A stretch of 64,000 bases of DNA from an uncultured Verrucomicrobiae bacterium (GTDB lineage Bacteria; Verrucomicrobiota; Verrucomicrobiia; Chthoniobacterales; JAATET01), in assembly GCA_963719495.1 (NCBI GenBank), contig CAVRCI010000002.1, forward strand, positions 128,001 to 192,000, read 5' to 3'. The notes under the pieces are model-generated. The model was not told the origin of the DNA and searched no databases. It was given only the letters and a program-made list of their open reading frames with translations. A program made the position numbers and the translations under genes. This document shows positions 42,384-51,324 of this stretch, one piece after another. Position 1 is the stretch's first letter; each line of letters opens with the position of its first letter.

Positions 42384-42578
42384 CTAGTTCTGATAGCGCT
42401 TCTTCAAGTCATCGAGCTCAATCCAATTGTTCGAGTCCCCGTCGTCAATCTTGTCCGACATACGTTGCTTGAATGTGCCGTCTCTGTTCGCTTGGATTGA
42501 TACGATGTATGCGACTAATTGGCGCTGCTCGCCCACCTCAAGATGTGCGATTTCGTCTTTGAGTTGGTTGAAGGACAT
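42384..42578 (-). CDS. Putative antitoxin
   Basis: Ends WIELDDLKKR; 2 bp from the toxin. Confidence 0.7.
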   Translation of the reverse strand: MSFNQLKDEIAHLEVGEQRQLVAYIVSIQANRDGTFKQRMSDKIDDGDSNNWIELDDLKKRYQN

Positions 42579-42749
42579 CCCTTACAGTGATTTTGGAAAT
42601 CTCGCGTGTCAAGCTCGTATATGGCCTAACGTCAAGCTCAGCCACCCTGAGCGGGCGTTTGTGTTCGACCGATGTCCGGCTGGAAGTTGTGGGTCCGCGC
42701 AACCCAAGCCGCGAAGCGGCTAGGGGTTGGCTGCAGCGCCTTGTTGGGC

Positions 42750-43083
42750 TAGCAACCGCCCAAAACTACTGAAGGCGATCTTATCTCGTTGCCAACCCCT
42801 TCGTATCAATACCGAAGGCTTTTGAATTGTAAGCGATCCTATTTGAACGTTGGCATCGAATTCGGAATCACCCATGTGCGTGTGCAATTGTTGTGGGCAG
42901 ATGACGCTGATCTCAACATCACATTTTTCATCCATCGGAGATTATTGCTTGTTGCCGAGTGAGAATATGACCGGATCAAAAGTTGTCGCCGATGAAGTAT
43001 CAAATATTACTCGTCCGAGCATCAGACGGTTGCGGAATGCTGCGGCATCCGGAAGTCTGACTTGTATTTTCAGGATTCATCGA
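42750..43083 (-). repeat. Family G cassette
   Basis: Shares a motif with 14082-14478. Confidence 0.5.
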
Positions 43084-43215
43084 GCCCAACGTCAAGCTCA
43101 GCCACCCTGAGCGGGCAATCAAGCCAACCCTGAGGTGAGCTGCCAGTAGAGGGAACGAGCAACCCCAGCCAGCGAAGCGGCTAGGGGTTGGCTGCAGCGC
43201 CTTGTTAGCCTGAAT

Positions 43216-43743
43216 TCAATTTCTTCGCATATGTTTAGAGGCAGACCCAAGAACTTCTGAGATATCTCCCAAAGCTTTGGTGGTGATGTCATAGACCACT
43301 GTTTTGGATGTTCGACTTTCGAATACGGCCGCCTCATGGCAACCGAAGCATATTAGAAGTGAGTATCCAGCACTTTCAGCATTCCATATGATCATATAGT
43401 CCGCGTGAAATCAGCCGCAGCTTTTCGGGCCACTGTATGGCCTCAGAGCTATAGCATTCGTCAAAATCCTATTTAATTGTTCCGTCCCTTTTTTGTCGAC
43501 CTGAACTGGCTTGCTGTAGAAGTAGAAATCAAGAGACGTAAACAAGAGCTCCTCAGATAAATCTCTTTTGTATTGAGCCCTGTGTTTCCGTGGGTTTGGT
43601 AAACCTTCGAACACCTTGATTGAGTCTGCAGAAGAAATGAATTCCTGAAACCAAATCCGATTGGTTTCAGAGAAAATTGCGTCTTCGCTATAGGAAACGC
43701 AAATGGTTCCGGCGAGTGCGATGATGGTGAGCAACTTTCTCAT
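43216..43743 (-). pseudogene. Secreted protein gene interrupted by an in-frame TGA at 43411-43413
   Basis: KSCG*FHADY...LLICFGCHEA continues in frame to a stop at 43216. Confidence 0.75.
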
Positions 43744-43873
43744 AGGCTAACGTCAAGCTCAGCCACCCTGAGCGGGGCTACGAACGTCTAGGCAAGGTGT
43801 TTGCCGGAAGGGGATCGGTCGGCCAAGGCTTGCCTCTGGTCGGCTAGGGGTTGGCTGCAGCGCCTTGTTCGTC

Positions 43874-44209
43874 GGAAACGGTGACTGCACAATGGAGGAC
43901 CAGAGCGTCCGACAGGCCGACGATGGTCAAATCCAGCAAGCGGCTTCGTTAGAGCATTCAGTAGAAGAGGCTTCTGTGGTCCAGATTGACTTCGCATTAT
44001 AAATATATTGCTCGTGACACGAGAAGGGCGGAACGGATTCTGGATGGATCTACTCAGGCCGCGTGAGCGCCCCAAGCGTGCATGGCAGGCGAATAATTCT
44101 TGGGGCCGAATCGGGAGTGATCAATGAAAAACCAGAATCGTGCTCAATCGTATGCCGAAGGGAATCGAGCAACTCTGAACTTTCCCTTGATCTTAACTCC
44201 AATAAATCA
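43874..44209 (-). repeat. Family A copy (336 bp)
   Basis: One of 13 copies. Confidence 0.9.
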
Positions 44210-44335
44210 GGCGAACGTCAAGCTCAGCCACCCTGAGCGGGCAATCAAGCCAACCCTGAGGTGAGCTGCCAATAGCGGGTCCGCGCAACCCCCGCCGCGA
44301 AGCGGCTAGGGGTTGGCTGCAGCGCCTTGTTCGAC

Positions 44336-44823
44336 GCGCATTTGTTCAAACTACGCATATCGTGACTTCCTCAAGCCAACCCCTCCGTATTTCTACCGAA
44401 GGCACTCCAATAATGAAGATCAAACCTTCGAAGAGGCTTCGCGATTGGAATCACTGAAATGCGATTGGAAGATTGTAGAGAGTAGAGCCTGAATTGGAGC
44501 GGGGGACTTGGGATCGAGCTCACAAATATCCGCCTGGAAGATTGTATAGGGGTAGAGGCTGTAGTTGAATAGAAAGGGGGTATCAAGCTCACAAATAGAA
44601 GCTTGGAACGATTGTTGGGACATCTGGTGACTTCCGAACGATTGGTCGAAAATCAAAATATTCTACCCGTTGAGAAACTGTGTTGGTCGCCTAGGCCCCG
44701 ATCCTCCGTCCTACGCTGGTCGAAAAAATAGAACCCGACCGCTTGAAACAAGACGTGGTGTCCCCTGACGGCGTCCGAATATGTGAGAGCGAAATATAGT
44801 CATCCGCCGGAGGCTCACAATGA
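44336..44823 (-). repeat. Family C copy
   Basis: Matches 1744-2230. Confidence 0.85.
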
Positions 44824-44920
44824 GTCGAACGTCAAGCTCAGCCACCCTGAGCGGGCGACCAAGCCAACCCTGAGGTGAGCTGCCGGTAGCGGGACCGAGC
44901 AACCCCAGCCAGCGAAGCGG

Positions 44921-45492
44921 CTAGGGGTTGGCTGCAGCGCCTCGTTCGGTCTGTATTTCCCACACCCGTTTAGTGATCCGAAGCATGTCTTCATGTATCT
45001 CTACATCATTCTTTATGAATGCGTTGGGAATGTGGTGCGAAAACGACATACCGATCTTTTGGAGGATTTTCCTGCTGGAATGATTCCATACTGCGTGTGT
45101 TGCAGAAATTTCGGTGGCGTGGAGAACACGGAATCCGAATGATAGAATGCACCTGCATGCTTCAGTCATATATCCTCGGTTTTGAAATAATGGATGGGTC
45201 CAGAATCCTATGTCCCAGATATCTGAGTTCGGAGAGCAACTCGTCCGATGCGCTTTCCGTTGTCGAGATCACATATGGTAAATACGAAAGCAGTTCCTAA
45301 GTCCCATGCAATCTTGTTATTTTGGAAGGGTTTTAATAGCTCGTCCATCGAATCAGGCGGATCCCTGCGCATCCCATCGCAAAAATTTGGATGACGACTA
45401 GCAGAAAATACAAATTGAATATCTTCTCTTGTGAACTTCCGCAGAACTAAGCGATCGGTTAGCAAGATTGTGTCCGATGGAATTATTTTCAT
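44921..45492 (-). pseudogene. RimJ/RimL-type GNAT acetyltransferase, frameshifted near 45225
   Basis: TDRLVLR... in one frame, WDIGFWTHP..NRGYMTEA..N.SS.KILQKIGM in another. Confidence 0.8.
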
Positions 45493-45622
45493 GAGACCGA
45501 ACGTCAAGCTCAGCCACCCTGAGCGGGCAATCGAGCCAACCCCCGGGTGAGCTGCCGGTAACGGGTTCGAGCAACCCCAGCCAGCGAAGCGGCTAGGGGT
45601 TGGCTGCAGCGCCTTGTTCGGA

Positions 45623-45891
45623 TCCGCCCGTCCGTGGTCCCGTCGAATCTGCTATCTACAGCCTTGCTCATTGTCTAGCCGACTGATGATCGAACCATAC
45701 CAACGAGTGACACTGATGCGGGTCGATGGGGAAATACGCAACGCATGGGCTCGGTAAAAATACCCTGGTTTGGGCCTTCGGATACTCAACGCAACGTCAT
45801 TGTGAACACTTTCCGAATACGCCAATTTTATACAAAGCAAATCACGAACGATCTTTTTTGCAATTTGGGCGTCCAGAAACTGGGGCATAGG
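45623..45891 (-). repeat. Family D copy
   Basis: Similar to 3134-3401. Confidence 0.85.
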
Positions 45892-46020
45892 TCCGAACGT
45901 CAAGCTCAGCCACCCTAAGCGGAGCAACGAACGTCTAGGCAAGGTGTTTGCCGGAAGGGGATCGGTCGGCCAAGGCTTGGCGCAGGCCGGCTAGGGGTTG
46001 GCTGCAGCGCCTTGTTCGTC

Positions 46021-46356
46021 GGAAACGGTGACTGCACAATGGAGGACCCGATCGTCCGACAGGCCCACGATGGTCAAACCCAGCAAGCGGCTTCGTTAGA
46101 GCATTCAGTAGAAGAGGCTTCTGTGGTCCAGATTGACTTCGCATTATGAATATATTGCTCGTGACACGAGAAGGGCGGAACGGATTCTGGATGGATCTAC
46201 TCATGCCGCGTGAGCGCCCCAAGCGTGCATGGCAGGCGAATAATTCTTGGGGTCGAATCGGGAGTGATCAATAGAAAACCAGAATCGTGCTCAACCGTAT
46301 GCCGAAGGGAATCGAACAACTCTGAACCTTCCCTTGATCTCAACCCCAATAAATCA
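46021..46356 (-). repeat. Family A copy (336 bp)
   Basis: One of 13 copies. Confidence 0.9.
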
Positions 46357-46484
46357 GGCGAACGTCAAGCTCAGCCACCCTGAGCGGGCAGTCGAGCCAA
46401 CCCTGAGGTGAACTGCCAGTAGAGGGTCCGAGCAACCCCAGCCAGCGAAGCGGCTAGGGGTTGGCTGCAGCGCCTTGTTCGGCT

Positions 46485-47006
46485 TCACCGTGGTCCTTCA
46501 TACTGTAGACTCTTCCTTATACTGGAGCGAACGCCAAATTCTATATTTGTCAAAATATCATCAATCTTCCACTCGTCCTCGATTCGGTGTAGCACAAGAA
46601 TATCAGTCCAAAATCGATCAGCGAGCGGTGGCTTGCCGCTAAAGCGAACTGTTGCGTAGGCTCGATCAGTAGCGGTAATGACGACTACTACTTCGACAAA
46701 GTTTCCGCCCTCCAAGAGGTTTGTAAAGAGGGGGCCTTCGTCCGGTGGAGGTTTGAGTTCCCTATATTTTTCTGGATTCCGTAGCGCGGCTTCTGTCCAA
46801 GCGTCCACGGTATCCTGTGCCGAAGCTATCGCGGCGCAGAAGCTCGGAGTAAGTGCTTCGAGACAATGTGCAATATCCTTCTGTTCAACCGTCCCTCGGA
46901 TTTCGAGTGCTTGCTTCTCTCTATAAAAGTTGTTGATCAGTGTTTCGATATCGCTTGCTCGAGCATCAGTTGTCCAAAGCAGTAAAATAAAAAAATATGC
47001 CTTCAT
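46485..47006 (-). CDS. Secreted protein (NTF2-like/DUF3828-like)
   Basis: Signal peptide; WTDILVL..WKIDDI. Confidence 0.72.
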   Translation of the reverse strand: MKAYFFILLLWTTDARASDIETLINNFYREKQALEIRGTVEQKDIAHCLEALTPSFCAAIASAQDTVDAWTEAALRNPEKYRELKPPPDEGPLFTNLLEGGNFVEVVVVITATDRAYATVRFSGKPPLADRFWTDILVLHRIEDEWKIDDILTNIEFGVRSSIRKSLQYEGPR

Positions 47007-47148
47007 GTGGAAATCCAAAGCCGAACCTCAAGCTCAGCCACCCTGAGCGGGGCAACGAACGTCTAGGAAAGGTGTTTGCGGGAGGGGGATCGGTCGGCCA
47101 AGGCTTGCCGTAGGCCGGCTAGGGGTTGGCTGCAGCGCCTTGTTCGTC

Positions 47149-47484
47149 GAAAGAGGTGACTGCACGATGGAGGACCCGATCGTCCGACAGGCCGACGATG
47201 GTCAAACCCAGCAAGCGGCTTCGTTAGAGCATTCACTCGAAGAGGCTTCTGTGGTCCAGATTGACTACGCATTATAAATATATTGCTCGTGACAAGAGCA
47301 GGCCGCAACGCATTCTGGATGGATCTACTCATGCCGCGTGAGCGCCCCAAGCGTGCATGGCAGGCGAATAATCGTTGGCGTCGAATCGGGAATGATCAAT
47401 AGAAAACCAGAATCGTGCTCAATCGTATACCGAAGGGAATCGAGCAAATCTGAACTTTTCCTTGATCTAAACTCCAATAGATCA
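47149..47484 (-). repeat. Family A copy in first position at attI
   Basis: One of 13 copies. Confidence 0.9.
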
Positions 47485-47520
47485 GGCGAACAGTATATTG
47501 GATGGAATTTTGGTTTCCGA
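47485..47520 (-). other. attI site (crossover G|TT at 47491/47490 on the minus strand)
   Basis: The first cassette ends in ggcgaac but is followed by unique sequence instead of an attC; lies just upstream of intI. Confidence 0.8.
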
Positions 47521-47744
47521 GATAGGTGGGGGTTTGTTGTTTGGGGTGAGTTGGCGGCGCGATTGCGAAAGTAGTCAAGGAGAATGAGGTAACGCGCGGC
47601 GCGACGTTCCCTACCCAATTGGTAACCAGTCGACTTTTTCGTAACCACGGCCGTGAGTTGGGGGGAGTTGGAGAATCTTCTCGTCTTGTTGGATTTGCAT
47701 GAGATAGATGGAATTATGCATATTGCAATTGTGGTGGTTTTGAA

Positions 47745-49352
47745 ATGATGGGTCTGAAGCGCGAAGAGGCTGGCGAGGGTCTTCGCCCGTTGGTTCGGTT
47801 GACGGTATTGGGTGAACTGCTTTCCGGGGAGTGGGACGACTGGATGGGTTTTGCGGTTGCTGGGTATGTCGAGGGCGTTGATTCGGTTGAGCGGGGCGGT
47901 GATGAGTTTGGCGGGGAGCGGGTTGCTGTTGCGGAGGGGGAGCGGGATCCGGGCTGGCGGGTGGCTTTTACCCGAGCGGAGGCTGATTTATGGGTCGAGG
48001 CTTTGCAGCGGCGGATCTTTCGGGATTCGGAGCGGCTTTGGGCGGGGATTTGGTTGGGGCGGTTCGTTCGGTCGATTGGGGGTCGGCGATTGGATGAGGT
48101 TCTTGCGGCTGACGTGGAGCGGTTTTTGGATCGAGCGGTGGTGGTCGGCGGGGAGGACTGGCAGATTTTGCAGGGTGACCGGGCGGTCAAAATTGCTTTG
48201 CAGGATGTGCTGTCGTTGGATTGGGCTCGGAGGTGGCCGAAGTTTGAAGTGGTCGTGCAGGCTCGGGCGACGGTCGAAGCGAGGATGGCGGGTCGATTGC
48301 CGGAGGGGGCGGGGGTGGAGGCTGCCGTTAGTAAGCTCAGGGTGTCGGGGCCGAAAGGGATGGCTCGGTTTGAGGGGCGGACGGACGATGGGGTGTTGCC
48401 GAAGCGGTATGAGGGGTTTCTGGAGGAGGTTCGGGGGGCTTTGCGGAAGCTGCATTACGCGGACCGGACGGAGGAGACTTACGTGGATTGGGTTCGGCGG
48501 TTTCTGGTGTTCACTCGACCGATTGGGCGGGATGCTTTGGCTGCGTCGGACGTGGCTTTGTTTTTGGAGTATCTGGCGGTGGTGCGGAAGGTGGGTCCGG
48601 CTACTCAGAATCAGGCTCTCAACGGGCTGGTCTTTGTTTTCCGTGAGGTGCTGGAGCGGGATTTGGGGGAGATCGGGGGGGTGGAGCGGGCGAAGCAGAA
48701 GCGGCGATTGCCGGTGGTGTTGAGCCGGGATGAGGTGCGGGTTCTCATCGAGGCGGCTCCGGAACCTTATGCGCTGATGATTCGATTGCTGTATGGGACG
48801 GGGATGCGGTTGATGGAGTGTCTGCGGCTGCGGGTGAAGGACGTGGATTTCGACCATCAGCAGATCATGGTTCGGAGTGGCAAGGGGGATAAGGATCGGG
48901 TGACGACTTTGCCGGGTTCGATGAGTGCTGATTTAGTCGAGCAGGTGGCGAGGGTGCGGGTGCTGCACGAAAAGGATCTCGCGGACGGACATGGATCGGT
49001 CTTTATGCCTCAGGCTTTGAACAGAAAGTGGCCGAAGGCGGCTCGGGAGCTGGGTTGGCAATACGTGTTTCCGGCGGGGCGGTTGAGTGTGGATGGCGCG
49101 GAGGTTCGGCGGCACCACGTGAACGAGAATTCTTTGCAGAAGGTGGTGAAGGATTCGGCGGTGCGGGCGGGTTTGAACAAGCGGGTTAGCTGTCATGCTT
49201 TGCGGCATAGCTTTGCGACGCATTTGTTGGAGTCTGGGTATGACATTCGGACGGTGCAGGAGTTGCTTGGGCACTCGGATGTGAGCACGACGATGATTTA
49301 CACTCACGTGCTCAATCGACCGGGGTTGGCGGTGCGGAGTCCTTTGGATTGA
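47745..49352 (+). CDS. intI: Integron integrase (tyrosine recombinase) with N-terminal extension
   Basis: [47 protein letters not shown]; integron-specific insert [22 protein letters not shown]; start uncertain. Confidence 0.97.
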   Translation: MMGLKREEAGEGLRPLVRLTVLGELLSGEWDDWMGFAVAGYVEGVDSVERGGDEFGGERVAVAEGERDPGWRVAFTRAEADLWVEALQRRIFRDSERLWAGIWLGRFVRSIGGRRLDEVLAADVERFLDRAVVVGGEDWQILQGDRAVKIALQDVLSLDWARRWPKFEVVVQARATVEARMAGRLPEGAGVEAAVSKLRVSGPKGMARFEGRTDDGVLPKRYEGFLEEVRGALRKLHYADRTEETYVDWVRRFLVFTRPIGRDALAASDVALFLEYLAVVRKVGPATQNQALNGLVFVFREVLERDLGEIGGVERAKQKRRLPVVLSRDEVRVLIEAAPEPYALMIRLLYGTGMRLMECLRLRVKDVDFDHQQIMVRSGKGDKDRVTTLPGSMSADLVEQVARVRVLHEKDLADGHGSVFMPQALNRKWPKAARELGWQYVFPAGRLSVDGAEVRRHHVNENSLQKVVKDSAVRAGLNKRVSCHALRHSFATHLLESGYDIRTVQELLGHSDVSTTMIYTHVLNRPGLAVRSPLD

Positions 49353-49442
49353 GGCTTTTTTCTTCGGGGGGGACGCGAGCTGGGGTTGTTGTGCCTGCGG
49401 TAGGGAATGTTTTGGTTTCGCTGGGTTTCGGTCGCCTCGCTT

Positions 49443-51135
49443 GGACTCGGGGGCGGTGTGGCTGTCGAGCGATTTGGGACGGAGTGTAGGCCAGAGATGC
49501 TTCGCTTTGCTCAGCATGACAGGGTTTGGAAAGGGGGGGAGAGTGCGGCTTTGCCGTTTGGGTTGGTTCGGCGATTGCAAATCGCCGCTCCTTGAAGCTT
49601 GGCGTGCGAGTTGGGTGGAGTGGCTTTGGGTTGGATGGCTCTGGGCGCGAGGCTCTTGTGGCTGGGATATGAATTGTCGGCTTTGCCGCGCCGGGGATGG
49701 GCGGTTGGAGGTTGCGGTGCCTGGACTCGGGGGCGGTGGGTTTGTCGAGCGTTTTGGGTGAGAGTGTAGGCCAGAGATGCTTCGCTTTGCTCAGCATGAC
49801 AGGGTTTGGAGGGGGGGAGAGTGCGGCTTTGCCGTTTGGGTTGGTTCGGCGATTACAAATCGCCGCTCCTTGAAGCTTGGCGTGCGAGTTGGGTGGAGTG
49901 GCTTTGGGTTGGATGGCTCTGGGCGCGAGGCTCTTGTGGCTGGGGTTTGATCTGTCGGCTTTGCTGCTTGGTGGGACGGGCGGCTGGAGGTTGCGGTGCC
50001 TGGACTCGGGGGCGGTGGGTTTGTCGAGCGTTTTGGGTGAGAGTGTATGCTAGAGATGTTTCGCTTCGCTCAGCATGACAGGGTTTGGAGGGGGGAGAGT
50101 GCGGCTTTGCCGTTTGGGTTGGTTCGGCGATTACAAATCGCCGCTCCTTGAAGCTTGGCGTGCGAGTTGGGTGGAGTGGCTTTGGGTTGGATGGCTCTGG
50201 GCGCGAGGCTCTTGTGGCTGGGATATGAATTGTCGGCTTTGCCGCGCCGGGGATGGGCGGTTGGAGGTTGCGGTGCCTGGACTCGGGGGCGGTGGGTTTG
50301 TCGAGCGTTTTGGGTGAGAGTGTAGGCCAGAGATGCTTCGCTTCGCTCAGCATGACAGGGTTTGGAAGGGAGGAAGAGTGCGGCTTTGCCGTTTGGGTTG
50401 GTTCGGCGATTGGAAATTGCCGCTCCTTGAAGCTTGGCGTGCGAGTTGGGTGGAGTGGCTTTGGGTTGGACGGCTGTGGGCGCGAGGCTCTTGTGGCTGG
50501 GATATGAATTGTCGGCTTTGTCGCTTGGTGGGACGGGCGGCTGGAGGTTGCGGTGCCTGGACTCGGGGGCGGTGGGTTTGTCGAGCGTTTTGGGTGAGAG
50601 TGTAGGCTAGAGATGCTTCGCTTTGCTCAGCATGACAGGGTTTGGAAAGGGGGGGAGAGTGCGGCTTTGCCGTTTGGGTTGGTTCGGCGATTGCAAATCG
50701 CCGCTCCTTGAAGCTTGGCGTGCGAGTTGGGTGGAGTGGCTTTGGGTTGGATGGCTCTGGGCGCGAGGCTCTTGTGGCTGGGGTTTGATCTGTCGGCTTT
50801 GCCGCTTGGTGGGACGGGCGGCTGGAGGTTGCGGTGCCTGGACTCGGGGGCGGTGGGTTCGTCGAGCGTTTTGGGTGAGAGTGTAAGCCAGAGATGCTTC
50901 GCTTTGCTCAGCATGACAGGGTTTGGAGGGGGGGAAGAGTGCGGCTTTGCCGTTTGGGTTGGTTCGGCGATTGCAAATCGCCGGTCCTTGAAACTTGGTT
51001 TGTGGGGTGGAGGACGTGGGTGGGAGTGTAAGCCAGAGATGCTTCGCTTTGCTCAACATGACAGGGTTTGGAGGGGGGGAGAGTGCGGCTTTGCCGTTGG
51101 GTGGGGTCGGCGATTGCAAATCGCCGTTCCTTGAG
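49443..51135 (+). repeat. Tandem repeat, ~280-bp unit, 5 full units plus partial copies
   Basis: ggactcgggggcggtg at 49443,49723,50002,50279,50559,50840; each unit has gatgcttcgctttgctcagcatgaca and a cggcgatt-N3-aatcgccg hairpin. Confidence 0.92.
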
Positions 51136-51324
51136 CGGATTTGTAGAGACGCTGCCGCACTTGGTCGCCGCGGGGGTTGCGGGATTGTTTCAGCGGATTT
51201 GCTGGGACTGATTTTATGGCGACTCGTTGCGGGGATGACGAGATCCAATGATGTAGGGGATTCCCCGATATCTGGATTTGCTCGCTGGCTTGGCAAGGCG
51301 CGGATGGCGGGCTAGCTCTTTTGA

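Larger units (their letters stand above)
1..47491 (-). mobile_element. Integron cassette array (superintegron), 78 attC sites, continues past the left edge
   Basis: Repeated imperfect palindrome (+ strand NNNNAAC-gtcaagctcagccacc...ggctaggggttggctgcagcgcctt-GTTNNNN) starting at 369,962,1617,2231,3007,3402,4096,4998,5463,6261,6929,7417,7882,8582,9150,9656,10880,11266,11818,12283,12748,13421,13958,14479,15097,15844,16845,17241,17748,18386,18893,19616,20251,20933,21612,22203,22796,23567,24749,25473,25939,26404,27091,27597,28059,28771,29564,30177,31055,31662,32432,32828,33293,33758,34357,34822,35492,36110,36575,36970,37613,38046,38685,39097,39655,40260,40751,41440,41995,42624,43084,43745,44210,44824,45496,45892,46357,47020. 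R'' and R' 7-mers match within each cassette, as expected for excisable cassettes. Confidence 0.97.

Noticed and set aside
43411..43413. Selenocysteine or recoded TGA
   Set aside because: The context CG*FH suggests a GGA-to-TGA change; TGA is a normal stop in neighbouring genes and I saw no SECIS evidence.
49..44902. ORFs beginning MLGPA.GSSPQGWL, MIARSGWLSL or containing PNVKLSHPER / ERQAQPP
   Set aside because: These are translations of attC sequence; starts were trimmed to the first plausible codon inside the cassette.
369..47148. CRISPR array
   Set aside because: Repeats are ~127 bp with 250-1100 bp gene-bearing spacers and an adjacent IntI; they are attC sites, and no cas genes are present.
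47479..47492. Verrucomicrobial LexA box (TGTTC-N4-GAACA) at attI/intI
   Set aside because: Only AGATC-N4-GAACA is present (2 mismatches) and most of it belongs to the mobile first cassette.
47500..47745. Pc and Pint promoters
   Set aside because: TTGACT (-), TTGCAT (+) and three GTAAC repeats are visible, but no convincing -35/-10 pair; not called.
49443..51135. CRISPR or coding repeats after intI
   Set aside because: Whole units repeat with no unique spacers; ORFs there are translations of the repeat in several frames.
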